A DNA stretch of 64,000 nucleotides, taken from Candidatus Krumholzibacteriia bacterium (GTDB lineage: Bacteria > Krumholzibacteriota > Krumholzibacteriia > JAJRXK01). Of the stretch, positions 40,923 through 49,999 are shown one piece after another (position 1 is the first letter of the stretch; every line of letters begins with the position of its first letter). The notes below the pieces were generated by a model. It made no database searches. It had not been told where the DNA came from and saw only the letters and a program-made list of their open reading frames with translations. The translations under genes were made by a program, and so were the position numbers. Where the stretch lies: positions 672,001-736,000 of the forward strand of contig JBGPIA010000002.1 in NCBI GenBank assembly GCA_041484665.1, in the 5' to 3' direction.

Positions 40923-41711
40923 CTACTTCTCCTCCTGGCCCTGGTGGTCGCCTGTGGCCGGAGCTGTGTCGCCATCCACGACAACCGCCTCCCGGCGCAG
41001 CGTCATGCGGCGATTGATGACCCAGCTCACACCCAGCATCCCCGCGCCCACCACCGTGACCACCGTAGGGATCTGCGAGAGCACCTTCCACGTGCGCTGC
41101 GGCAACGACTCCAGCGGCACGTTCGTGGGCAGAACGCTCGCCAGCACCACCTGGGGTCCGATGTAGAGCACGCAGGCACCGCCCGCCTCCTCCAGGCCGT
41201 AGACCTTAGCAGCGTACTTCTTTGGCTCGGCGGCGATACGACGCCACGCCTCGGCGATCAGCTGTGTGCGCTCTCCGAAGCTGGTCGCGCCGGTGGGGCA
41301 CGCTTCCGCGCAGGCCGTGGGCTTGCCCTGCAGGACGCGCTCGGGGCACATGCGGCACTTCTGCACGCGCGGCGTGATCGAGCTCCACTCGTAGCGCGGG
41401 ATCTTGTACGGGCACGCCACCATGCAGTAGCGGCAGCCGATGCACTTGGCGGCGTCGTAGACGACCGGGCCCTCTTCCATCTTCTTCAGCGCGCCCACCG
41501 GGCACGCCGACGCGCAGCTGGGGTGCAGGCAGTGCATGCACATCCGCCGCACCCAGGTGTCGTCGCCGTGCTGCTCCAGCACCGTGTAGTCGGTGGCCGA
41601 CAGGCGGTCGGCGCGCGAGTCGGGGAGCTTGTTCTCCTGCTTGCACGCCTGGACGCACGCGCCGCACCCCACGCACAGGTTGACGTCGATCAACATCGCG
41701 TACATGGCCAT
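40923..41711 (-). CDS. HybA/NrfC-like 4x[4Fe-4S] protein with C-terminal TM
   Basis: CVGCGACVQAC, CMHC.HP.CASACP, CIGCRYCMVACP, KC.MC......P.ACAEACPTGA; no twin-arginine leader. Confidence 0.92.
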   Translation of the reverse strand: MAMYAMLIDVNLCVGCGACVQACKQENKLPDSRADRLSATDYTVLEQHGDDTWVRRMCMHCLHPSCASACPVGALKKMEEGPVVYDAAKCIGCRYCMVACPYKIPRYEWSSITPRVQKCRMCPERVLQGKPTACAEACPTGATSFGERTQLIAEAWRRIAAEPKKYAAKVYGLEEAGGACVLYIGPQVVLASVLPTNVPLESLPQRTWKVLSQIPTVVTVVGAGMLGVSWVINRRMTLRREAVVVDGDTAPATGDHQGQEEK

Positions 41712-41723
41712 TGCCCCCTCCGC

Positions 41724-42410
41724 CTACTGGCGGTCCGCATCCTGCAGGAGGAACTCGTCGACCAGAGACTTCCATTCCTGCTTCCCGAGGTGCTCGGCCA
41801 GATCGCTCGCCAGCACCCCCCCATCCTGGAACACGCTGCCGGTGGCCAGCATCAGCCGGTGCTGGAAGCGCTCGCGCACGTCCTCGGTCCAACGGCGTGC
41901 CAGCGAGCCCGCGAGCAGGTTGGGCAGCTCCTCGAACAGGTGTGCGGAGCGGATCTTGAACAGCCAGCCGCGGCCGTATCCGTCCTCGGACAGCAGATCG
42001 GGCTGGCCCTTCAGCCGCTTGTTGACCGCCACGACCTCGCCGCTGATGGGTGCGAGCAACCGCGCCTGCTGGCCGTCGCGGCGGACGGCCACCGCCGCCT
42101 GGCCCTGGCGCACGTACGCGCCCACGGGCGGCGCTGCCACCTTGACCTCGCGACCGAGCAGCCGGCGGGCGAAATCGTCGAGCCCGACGTAGGCCGTATC
42201 CGGGCCGACCTGGTGGACCCAGGCGTGCCCCTGGTGGAACCGCAGCATGGGCGGCAGCTCGAAGCCGGCGACCCAAAGCGGAGGAGTGTCCTTGATCCCC
42301 TCGTGGAGTGCCTCGCCCTCGGCCGCCAGCAGTTTGCGGTGGCGCCGTTCGAGCGAGGCGTCCACGGCGATGAACGCGATGAACATGATAGCGACCAGTA
42401 GGACGACCAT
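41724..42410 (-). CDS. Membrane-anchored glycine cleavage H-protein-like protein lacking the lipoyl-lysine
   Basis: GH.WV, VGLDDFA, APISGEVVAVN and YG.GWL motifs; N-terminal TM; RRDG where GcvH has ESVK; GGAGG RBS. Confidence 0.85.
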   Translation of the reverse strand: MVVLLVAIMFIAFIAVDASLERRHRKLLAAEGEALHEGIKDTPPLWVAGFELPPMLRFHQGHAWVHQVGPDTAYVGLDDFARRLLGREVKVAAPPVGAYVRQGQAAVAVRRDGQQARLLAPISGEVVAVNKRLKGQPDLLSEDGYGRGWLFKIRSAHLFEELPNLLAGSLARRWTEDVRERFQHRLMLATGSVFQDGGVLASDLAEHLGKQEWKSLVDEFLLQDADRQ

Positions 42411-42486
42411 TGTGCTCACCTCCGGTAGCGCGCGCCGCGTGCAGCTTGTGGACTCCCGCACGCGTCCCGCGCGCACTGTTCCGCAA

Positions 42487-42502
42487 GGCATCACCCGTGC
42501 CG
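42487..42502 (-). promoter_or_regulatory. Putative sigma54 -24/-12 promoter of the GcvH-like operon
   Basis: CGGCACGGGTGATGCC (GG-N10-GC), about 77 nt upstream of ATG 42410. Confidence 0.55.
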
Positions 42503-42928
42503 TGCCCCGCACGCACGCGCGCGCAGCGGCGCGCGGCCTCGCAACTCCAAGCGTTCGCGCTGGTTGTACGCGCGCGCCGTGAAGCTCGCTGCTGCGGACG
42601 TCCGCAGTCGCGTCGAGCGTGATCGTTGACGAGCTCTACACCCGGCGCGCGCCGCGCAAGCACGGGGCGCGTGAAGCGGCGCTGCGGCAATTGGTTGGAG
42701 GCGCTGCTGCGATCCTCCACACGAGTGTGGAGAAGCTCGACGACGCGACGATGCTCGCGGACGCTGAAGGCTGCGTCAGACGGTGGGAGATGATGGAAGG
42801 TGGTGGACGGAAGTGGAAGGTGGTGGCCAACGCGACCGGCTGCGCCCGTGGGGGGTGCGGGGCGAGCGGACGGCGGCGGGTCACACGACCCGCCGCGCCC
42901 TCGACGCGAGGATTCCTGGACTGTCTTG

Positions 42929-43594
42929 CTACAGGTGGCAGTCGCCGCAGCCGACGCCGCTTGTCCCGCCGCTGAGGCCAAACCCGTGGCAGCGGGTGCA
43001 CTGGTCGACGCCCGAGGTCAGCACGAGGAGACCGTGGAAGCTGGAGCTGCGCGGGTTCAACCACCCATCGGGATGGCCGCTGGGGCCGCCGCTGTGGCAT
43101 TCGAAGCACGACCGCGCGCTCCAACCGCCGCGGTAGTCGCTGCCGTGGCACGCCTTGCACGGCGTCGGGCCCGTCGTCTCGACCGTCTTGCCGTGGAAGT
43201 TCGCCGCACCGCGTTGCGCCCAGCCGCCCGGGTGGCCTCCCGGCCCGTCATGGCAGCCAAAGCAGCTGGGAACGGTCGTGGTACCCTCGTAGTTGGTCCC
43301 GTGGCAGCCGACGCACGTGGTGGGGCCGCTGGCCAGCACCCGCGTGCCGTGGAAATCGACCGACGCGGGCGCGTTCCACTGCGCCGGATGGGCCTGCACG
43401 CCCGTGTCCTGCGCCGCCCTCCGGTCGGCGCATCCCGCCACCACGAGCACCACTGCGGCCACCGCCAGCGCAGCGACCGACGCGAACGGCGCGAACGGCG
43501 CGCGCGCCACGCCAGGCCGGCGCCGCGACGGCGCGCGTTCCCAGGCTCGCGCTTGCGGCTCCTTGCGTGCGCGACCTCTACCCGCTGCGTGCAT
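42929..43594 (-). CDS. Hexaheme c-cytochrome lipoprotein
   Basis: Lipobox VVAGC; CVGCH, CFGCH, CKACH, CFECH, CTRCH, CGDCH in three 'HP..W....FHG' repeats; start approximate. Confidence 0.85.
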   Translation of the reverse strand: MHAAGRGRARKEPQARAWERAPSRRRPGVARAPFAPFASVAALAVAAVVLVVAGCADRRAAQDTGVQAHPAQWNAPASVDFHGTRVLASGPTTCVGCHGTNYEGTTTVPSCFGCHDGPGGHPGGWAQRGAANFHGKTVETTGPTPCKACHGSDYRGGWSARSCFECHSGGPSGHPDGWLNPRSSSFHGLLVLTSGVDQCTRCHGFGLSGGTSGVGCGDCHL

Positions 43595-43608
43595 GGTGAC
43601 GACCTCCC

Positions 43609-44562
43609 CTACTTCCCGTGGCAGTCGGCGCACACCGGTGCACTCTCGCCGCCGGCGTGGCACGAAACGCAGCTCTCCAGATCGAAGCGCGCCTCCTCCG
43701 CGTGCCGGCCGCCGCCCACACTGGCACCCAGCACCCAATCGGCGCTCGAGTGGTTGCGCGGCAGGACGTTCTCCGCGGTGTGGCAGGACGAGCAGAACTG
43801 CGCGTCCTCGTGACAGGTGCGGCAGGAGAGTTCGTTGCCGCGCGCCTCGAGCGCGTGGTCGAAGGCGAAGTTCAGCCGGTGCGAGCGCGGCCGCACGTTG
43901 TCTCCCGAGTGGCAGTCCTGGCAGTCCTTCTGCGTGTGACACGACTCGCAGCTGACGCCGTCCAGGCGCGCGTCCACGCCGTGCAACGATTTCCAGTCGG
44001 GCGCGTGCGAGACGGGCCGCAACGGCTCGGAGGCCGCGTGGCAGACCTCGCAATCCTTCAGCGCGGACGCCGTCTCGTGGCAGCTGCGGCAGCGCGCCAT
44101 CTCGGGGATGCTCGGCTCGCCCGCCGCGCCGGCACGGTGGCAGCCCGTGCACTGCATGCCGTCGGCGAGGTGGGTCTGATGCGAAAACTTCTGGACCGCC
44201 GAAACACGGCGAGCGGCCGCTACCGGCTCCGCCACATTGGTGTGGCAGGTCCCGCACTTCGTATCGTCGGCGACGTCGTGACAGGCGCCGCAGGTGTCCA
44301 TGGTCGGCAACAGGTTGTCGGTGCCGGCAGCCGAGGTGGCGGCCGCGCCGTGACAGGTCTCGCACTCCACGTCGTTCTGGACGTGGATGCGGTGCAGCGG
44401 CCGGATGGTGTCGGGCTTGCTCGCGGCGGGCGGCGCGGCGAGGGCTGCCGGCTGAAGGCCCGGCGCTCCGCTCAACCCCAACCAGAGCCCGCCAGCCAGC
44501 AGGGCCGTCGAGGCAGCCAGTCCCACCAGGGCGCCCAGCCTCGTGCGCATCACCGCAACCAC
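43609..44562 (-). CDS. Periplasmic dodecaheme c-cytochrome
   Basis: Signal peptide; 12 CxxCH counted; c3/c7-like 'FSH..H' and 'H..DW...H' units. Confidence 0.9.
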   Translation of the reverse strand: MVAVMRTRLGALVGLAASTALLAGGLWLGLSGAPGLQPAALAAPPAASKPDTIRPLHRIHVQNDVECETCHGAAATSAAGTDNLLPTMDTCGACHDVADDTKCGTCHTNVAEPVAAARRVSAVQKFSHQTHLADGMQCTGCHRAGAAGEPSIPEMARCRSCHETASALKDCEVCHAASEPLRPVSHAPDWKSLHGVDARLDGVSCESCHTQKDCQDCHSGDNVRPRSHRLNFAFDHALEARGNELSCRTCHEDAQFCSSCHTAENVLPRNHSSADWVLGASVGGGRHAEEARFDLESCVSCHAGGESAPVCADCHGK

Positions 44563-45899
44563 CCCCCTTGGTCGAGACCGAACCGCGACGCGCCGCGGCC
44601 CATGTCCACGTCCACCCCCAGCAGCAGCCGCACGTCCTTGGAATAGACTGGATTATCCAGGCTTTGGACCTCGGCGCTCACGCGCAACCCGTCGCGGACG
44701 CGGGCGCGCGCGCGGGCGTAGATCGTGGTCAGGTCGCGCTGATCACTGTCAGGGGCGTCCTGCAGCAGCGCGTAGGTGGAGAGCGTCGCGCCGCCATCGA
44801 GGGACAGCCACCCCACGGGCAGCCAGCGCAGGAAGCCGTACCAGCTGCTCTCCTCGCCGGCGTCACCAATGCGCGCCGAGTAGCCGACCTGCCCGTAGGG
44901 AAACAGCAGAGCCGCGCCCAGGCGCGTGGCCGTGCGCTCGTCGACGAACGATCCGACGTACTCCAGCTCCGCTCCCATCCGCGTGCGGTGCTCGTAGCGC
45001 AGCGTGCAACGCGCCAGCCGCAGACGCTCGGCCGCGCCCACGAAGCGGGCGAAGTAGGAGCCGTCGTCGATGGCGGGCGCGCGGTCGATCACCTGCGCAG
45101 AGAGCACCGGCAGGTTCCGCCGGGGCTGCCATTGGGCCAGCGCCTCGGCCCGGTCCCAGCGCTCGCGTTGCAGATCGTAGGACAGCCGCCCGGTGCCGCG
45201 CAGGCCCGGCCACGGCGTGAGGCCTGCTTCCAGCCCCAGCGGTCGCGTGGCGATGCGGCCAGCCGTTTCGCGGTAGGCATAGGACGCGGCGAGCTGTAGC
45301 TGTCGCAGCGGCGCGCAGGTCACGCGCGCACCCCATGCCGGATCGTCACCGAGGGTCCCGGCCTCGATCTTGCGCGACAGCGGAGCTCGGGCGCCGCCGA
45401 ACACGCGCAGCCCCCACATCGCGCTCGGGCGCAGCGCGAGCCATAGACCGTCCAGCGTCAGGCCGGTGGGGCCCTCCTGGACGAACTGCCGGCCCAGCCG
45501 TGCCGTGAGCATCGAGCCGAGCCGTCCCTCGACGTGCCCGGTGTACAGTCGCTCGCGAGTGGTGGTGCGCTCCTTCAGCCACAAGTCGTCGGCGAAGCGT
45601 CCGGCGGCGCGGACGGTGAGGTGGCCGTCGACCAGGCCGCTCACCGCGCCGTCGAACTCCTGGTATCCGCCCAGGTGATCGAGATCCGGTCCGGACGGAT
45701 CGACGGTCTGGAAGCCGTAGGTCGTCGTGCGCAGCTGCAGCCGCCACGAGGGCGCGTTCCACGCGTAGCCCGGCTCGCCTGCGGCGGCGGCCCGACACTG
45801 CGGCACGGACAGCGCCGCCGCGGCGCCGAGGATCAACAGCAGGAGCGCACGCGCTGGGGCCGCCGAACACCGCCCGGGGATCATCCGCCTGTTCGCCAT
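44550..45899 (-). CDS. Outer-membrane beta-barrel porin of a porin-cytochrome cluster
   Basis: Signal peptide, 'RLGRQF...LDG' motif, amphipathic strands throughout, flanked by multiheme cytochrome genes. Confidence 0.75.
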   Translation of the reverse strand: MANRRMIPGRCSAAPARALLLLILGAAAALSVPQCRAAAAGEPGYAWNAPSWRLQLRTTTYGFQTVDPSGPDLDHLGGYQEFDGAVSGLVDGHLTVRAAGRFADDLWLKERTTTRERLYTGHVEGRLGSMLTARLGRQFVQEGPTGLTLDGLWLALRPSAMWGLRVFGGARAPLSRKIEAGTLGDDPAWGARVTCAPLRQLQLAASYAYRETAGRIATRPLGLEAGLTPWPGLRGTGRLSYDLQRERWDRAEALAQWQPRRNLPVLSAQVIDRAPAIDDGSYFARFVGAAERLRLARCTLRYEHRTRMGAELEYVGSFVDERTATRLGAALLFPYGQVGYSARIGDAGEESSWYGFLRWLPVGWLSLDGGATLSTYALLQDAPDSDQRDLTTIYARARARVRDGLRVSAEVQSLDNPVYSKDVRLLLGVDVDMGRGASRFGLDQGGWLR

Positions 45900-45990
45900 G
45901 GACCCAAGCCCCCTTCCTTCCACCACGAGACGCTGGAGCGAAAGGAGCGCCCCGCGCGCTCCTTTCGCCGATTCCCAGCGCAGCAGCCCC

Positions 45991-47676
45991 CTAGTCCGGC
46001 CGCCTCAGCACGTAGGCCTCGGCGGGCAGGGCGGTGGAATCCAGGAACAGGATGCTCTGCTGCAGCAGCTGCACCGCGTAATTCGCGTTGTGCACACCGT
46101 GCGATCCGTCGAACGAAACGAACGCCCAGTTGTAGGCGGCCTTGCGCTGATCGACCGTGGTCAGCGTCGCGTCGCCCATCCGGCCCTCGAAGTTGGCGGT
46201 GAGCGAGTCATGGGCCGCCTGCGTCGTGCTGGCGGCGACGATGCTCTGCTCGAGCACCTCAAGCAGCCCGTCCACCTCGTCCTGGACTCCCTCGACCTGA
46301 CCGTCGCCGTCATAGTCCTGCTTGGCCATGACGTCGCGGAAGCTGGCGATCGTACCGTGACAGGGGGCGCACGCCTCGACCACCGGCCGGAAGTTGTGCC
46401 CCATGAAATTGGCGATGCCGGACTCCGGGTCGCCCGGATGCGGGTGCGTGTGGCAGGTGACACACGCGTCCTGCACCAGGATGTGTTTGCTGGATGCCCA
46501 GAAGAACGACGGGTTGATCGCCTGGTAGGCGTTCACCCCCGTGATCATGTCGCCCTGCACCGAGTGGTGGGGGCCGAGGTGCGCGTTGCCGTTGGCGATC
46601 TGGTTGTTCACGTCCGTGTTGGTGCGCCGCCCGTTGTGGCAGGCCATGCACAGGCGGCCGGCACCGGCCTTCTCCACCAGTACGCCATTAGGCAGCGCCC
46701 GATCGGTGACCGATGCGTCGCGCAGGCTGCCGGGGTTGGCGTTCCCGTGGGGCTCGTGGCAGCCGGCGCAGGTCAGCATGAGGGACTCGGTGGGATTGGC
46801 CGCCAGCGCGGCGAAGCCCTCCGGGTTGTCGAGGTAGTCGGGCGCGAACAGGCCGTTGTGGCACTTCGCGCAGCTCTTGTTGAGCGCGGCGTCCTCCACG
46901 ATGCCGGCGTGGGCCGAGGACTGCCACTCGTCGTAGGTCGGGTGGTGGATCCCGTTGTGGCACTGCCCGCACAACGAGGCGTCCAGAGTCTTTCCAACCG
47001 ACGCGAAATCCGGATCGTGATGATCGCTGCCCGGTCCGTGGCAGTTCTCGCACTGCACGCCGGCCAGACGGTCGACGTGGGTCTCGTCCCAGCCGCCGTT
47101 GTTGAGAGCCGCGTCTGCGTTGAGCCCGTACGAGCCCACGGTATGACAGCCGACGCAGGCGGGGTTCTCGCCCTGCCCGATGCTCTTCAGCGAGTTGAGC
47201 GCGCCTGCGTGCCGGGAGGTGGACCAGGTGGCGTACTGCTGGCCGCCGGGGCCACCGTTGTGGCAGGTGGAGCAGAAGGTGACACCGCGGTAGAAGGGCG
47301 TGACCGACGGCAGGTAGGACGCGACACCGACATTGGCGCTGCCGATCGCGACGTCCTTGCCGTCGGTGACGACCACGGCGAGCCGGTAGATGCCCGCATT
47401 GTCGGGCGCCGTCCAGACGGTGCTGTCGGCGCTGGCGTTGGTGAAGCTTCCCCCGTCCGCAGTCCACTGATAGCTCAATGGGCTGGCGTTGGTGGCACTC
47501 GCCACCGCCTGCACCGTGATCGGCTGTCCCGTGTCCACGCTCTGGGGGGTCGCCTGGACGGTGACCTGGATCGCGGGCTTCGGGGACACGTTGACGATTT
47601 TCTCATCCCCGCACGCCACCAACAGCGCGCCAGCCAGGCACGCCGCCAGCAGGATTCCTTTCCGCCACATCATCAT
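45991..47676 (-). CDS. Nonaheme outer-membrane lipoprotein cytochrome with N-terminal PKD/Ig domain (OmcB-like)
   Basis: AGGAGG RBS, lipobox LLVAC, PKD-like 'LSYQW...GG...WTAP...G.Y', 9 CxxCH, C-terminal 'AAYNW..V..DGS.GVHN..YA..LL..S'. Confidence 0.85.
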   Translation of the reverse strand: MMMWRKGILLAACLAGALLVACGDEKIVNVSPKPAIQVTVQATPQSVDTGQPITVQAVASATNASPLSYQWTADGGSFTNASADSTVWTAPDNAGIYRLAVVVTDGKDVAIGSANVGVASYLPSVTPFYRGVTFCSTCHNGGPGGQQYATWSTSRHAGALNSLKSIGQGENPACVGCHTVGSYGLNADAALNNGGWDETHVDRLAGVQCENCHGPGSDHHDPDFASVGKTLDASLCGQCHNGIHHPTYDEWQSSAHAGIVEDAALNKSCAKCHNGLFAPDYLDNPEGFAALAANPTESLMLTCAGCHEPHGNANPGSLRDASVTDRALPNGVLVEKAGAGRLCMACHNGRRTNTDVNNQIANGNAHLGPHHSVQGDMITGVNAYQAINPSFFWASSKHILVQDACVTCHTHPHPGDPESGIANFMGHNFRPVVEACAPCHGTIASFRDVMAKQDYDGDGQVEGVQDEVDGLLEVLEQSIVAASTTQAAHDSLTANFEGRMGDATLTTVDQRKAAYNWAFVSFDGSHGVHNANYAVQLLQQSILFLDSTALPAEAYVLRRPD

Positions 47677-47754
47677 GACCCTGAACCTCCTCTTGCGATC
47701 GAGGGCAGCTCGCCGTCCGCGCGTCATGCACGCCTGGACGGTCCGCCCCCCGGC

Positions 47755-47770
47755 TGCAAACGTGATGCCA
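47755..47770 (-). promoter_or_regulatory. Sigma54 -24/-12 promoter of the porin-cytochrome operon
   Basis: TGGCATCACGTTTGCA, near-consensus TGGCAC-N5-TTGC, about 80 nt upstream of ATG 47676. Confidence 0.8.
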
Positions 47771-48138
47771 GGCGAAAACATCGGCACCAGGCAACCCGAA
47801 GTCACGCTCAATTCTGTGATCTCGCAGCCAGTGCAGAGGATCCCGGCATCTGGCGGACCCGAGCCGCCGGGTCCGTGCGGGCTGCCTTGGACATTCTGGC
47901 AGGAGCAGAGCGCCGCCCCTGCAATCCTGTCAACACTAGATCCTAAGAGATCGCGCCGAGATCGCCCGCGGAGCGGGCGTGGTGCGCCCGTCCTCGGGCA
48001 GCCACTCAGGTTTTCCTTGTGCTCGCTGCCGCGGAGTCCTATTTCGTGAGGTTCGGCGCCGCGGGGGCCCCGTGCAGCGGCTCGGGACCGCACGCCCCAG
48101 GCGCCGCTTGCTCCCCCCACGCAGGAGGTCGTCGCCCC

Positions 48139-49695
48139 ATGCCCAGCGAGCCGAGCGATCCGGTCCCCCCCCGCGATCGAAGCAAGGACGGCGGCTCCGG
48201 TCCGCGACGTCCGCTGCCGACGTCGTTCTACAATCCCATAACGCTGCTGGGCTCGCTCATCGCCGTCGTCAGTTTCGGCCTGATCCTCTTCTTGATCCTG
48301 CTGGAGGCGACTTCGGGGCACCAAAAGCCCTACATGGGGATCATCGCGTTCGTGATCCTGCCGGCCATTCTGCTGCTGGGCCTCTCGCTCGTCGCAGCGG
48401 GAGTGCTGCGGCAGCAGTACCGGCGCCGCCACGGCAAGGAGGTGGCGGCGCGCTTGCCGCGCATCGACCTCAACGATCCGCGCCACCGCCGGGCCGTGCA
48501 GCTGATCGCGCTGGGTACGGTCCTGGTGCTCGCACTGTCGGCGTTCACCAGCTTCAAGGCCTACGAGCACACCGACTCCGACCAGTTCTGTGGCCAGACC
48601 TGCCACAACGTGATGCAGCCGGAGTACACGGCCTACCGGAACTCGCCCCACGCGCGGGTCGGGTGCGTGCAGTGCCACATCGGCCCCGGAGCGAAGTGGT
48701 TCGTACGCGCGAAGCTGTCGGGCGCCTACCAGGTCTACGCCACGCTGTTCGACAAGTACCCGCGCCCCATCCCCACCCCGATCGACAACCTGCGCCCCTC
48801 GCGGGACACCTGCGAGACGTGCCACTGGCCCCAGCACTTCTTCGCGGAGAAGTTCGTCCAGAACCAGTACTACCTGTCCGACGAGCAGAACCACTCCGTG
48901 AAGCTGGACCTCTCCATCAAGATCGGCGGAGGGAACGTGGAATCGGGCCCCACGTCCGGGATCCACTGGCACATGAACGTAGCCAACGAGGTCAGCTACA
49001 TCGCGCTGGACCGCCAGCGCACGAAGATCCCCTGGGTGCGCAGCCGCTCCCGCGACGGCCTGGAGACCGTCTACCGCAGCTCGGAGCTCCCGGCCACCGA
49101 CGATGAGCTGGCCAAGGGCGAGCACCGCACCATGGACTGCATCGACTGCCACAACCGCCCCACCCACATCTACCATCCGCCCGCCAAATCCGTGAACGAG
49201 GTGATGTCCCTCGGCTGGATCGATCCGTCGCTCCCCTACGTCAAAAAGGTCGCGGTCGAGGCCATCGACCGGCCCTACAGCTCAGCGGCGGTGGCGCAGG
49301 ACAGCATCCGGGTCACGATCGAGTCGTTCTACCGCGAGAGCTACCCGGAGATCGCGGCGGCGAAGCATGCGCAGATCGAGCGGGCGGTCGTGGAGGCGCA
49401 GCGCATCTTCAGCCGCAATTTCTTCCCCGAGATGCGCGTCAGCTGGCGCAGCTTCCCGGACAACATCGGCCACATGTACTCGCTGGGCTGCTTCCGCTGC
49501 CACGACGGCAAGCACGTCAGCCAGGACGGCAAGGTGCTTTCGCGCGAATGCACCGCTTGCCACACGATCCTCGCCGAGCAGATCGGCGAAGGGAGCCAGC
49601 AGGTGTCCCTCACCGGCGTGGACTACCAGCACCCGGAGGACATCGGCGACGCGTGGCGCGAGATGAACTGCGTCGAGTGCCACGGCCCGCAGTGA
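48139..49695 (+). CDS. ImcH-like NapC/NirT-family heptaheme inner-membrane cytochrome
   Basis: Three N-terminal TMs; FCGQTCH.VM.PEY..Y..SPHARV.CV.CHIG.GA.W...KL.G..Q; then CETCH, CIDCH, CFRCH, CTACH, CVECH; AGGAGG RBS. Confidence 0.9.
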   Translation: MPSEPSDPVPPRDRSKDGGSGPRRPLPTSFYNPITLLGSLIAVVSFGLILFLILLEATSGHQKPYMGIIAFVILPAILLLGLSLVAAGVLRQQYRRRHGKEVAARLPRIDLNDPRHRRAVQLIALGTVLVLALSAFTSFKAYEHTDSDQFCGQTCHNVMQPEYTAYRNSPHARVGCVQCHIGPGAKWFVRAKLSGAYQVYATLFDKYPRPIPTPIDNLRPSRDTCETCHWPQHFFAEKFVQNQYYLSDEQNHSVKLDLSIKIGGGNVESGPTSGIHWHMNVANEVSYIALDRQRTKIPWVRSRSRDGLETVYRSSELPATDDELAKGEHRTMDCIDCHNRPTHIYHPPAKSVNEVMSLGWIDPSLPYVKKVAVEAIDRPYSSAAVAQDSIRVTIESFYRESYPEIAAAKHAQIERAVVEAQRIFSRNFFPEMRVSWRSFPDNIGHMYSLGCFRCHDGKHVSQDGKVLSRECTACHTILAEQIGEGSQQVSLTGVDYQHPEDIGDAWREMNCVECHGPQ

Positions 49696-49863
49696 TCAAG
49701 TTTCCGGTGGTGTGCTGAGCCTGCGCGGCGCGCGCCGACGCGCTGCTCCTGCAGCTGGGGTGTCGCCGCGCGCGCTGCCGCGCCGTGTGCGCGTGCGAAT
49801 GCGCCCCGGCGCAGTGTGGCGCTCCTCTGCTCTGGATCTGTGATCTTCTGCAACGATCCTCCA

Positions 49864-49896
49864 CACCTGCGCGCGCCGTGCGCAGGTGCCTTTTTT
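49864..49896 (+). terminator. Intrinsic terminator
   Basis: CACCTGCGC...GCGCAGGTG stem followed by CCTTTTTT. Confidence 0.75.
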
Positions 49897-49999
49897 CCCC
49901 TTGGCTGCATCGCGAGCGTGTCCTTGTTTTCCCGTGGCCGATGATGGCCGGTATATCGAAACGTACCGCATCTCGCTCACTGGATCGGGGCGCTGGGCA

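Noticed and set aside
39601..41711. [NiFe]-hydrogenase-2 operon
   Set aside because: No small or large hydrogenase subunit or maturation genes in the window
41724..42410. Functional glycine cleavage system
   Set aside because: No lipoyl-lysine, and gcvP/gcvT are absent from the window
42619..42975. 118-aa plus-strand ORF in the spacer
   Set aside because: No recognisable motif; it includes the G-rich repeat and overlaps the cytochrome gene end
45991..47676. NrfA-type nitrite reductase call
   Set aside because: The C-terminal GVHN helix is similar, but there is no CxxCK catalytic motif; lipobox and porin context favour an OmcB-like role
47677..49176. N-terminal 500-aa extension of the 45991-49176 ORF
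   Set aside because: Overlaps the ImcH-like gene on the other strand; the real start at 47676 has an AGGAGG RBS, a lipoprotein signal and a sigma54 promoter
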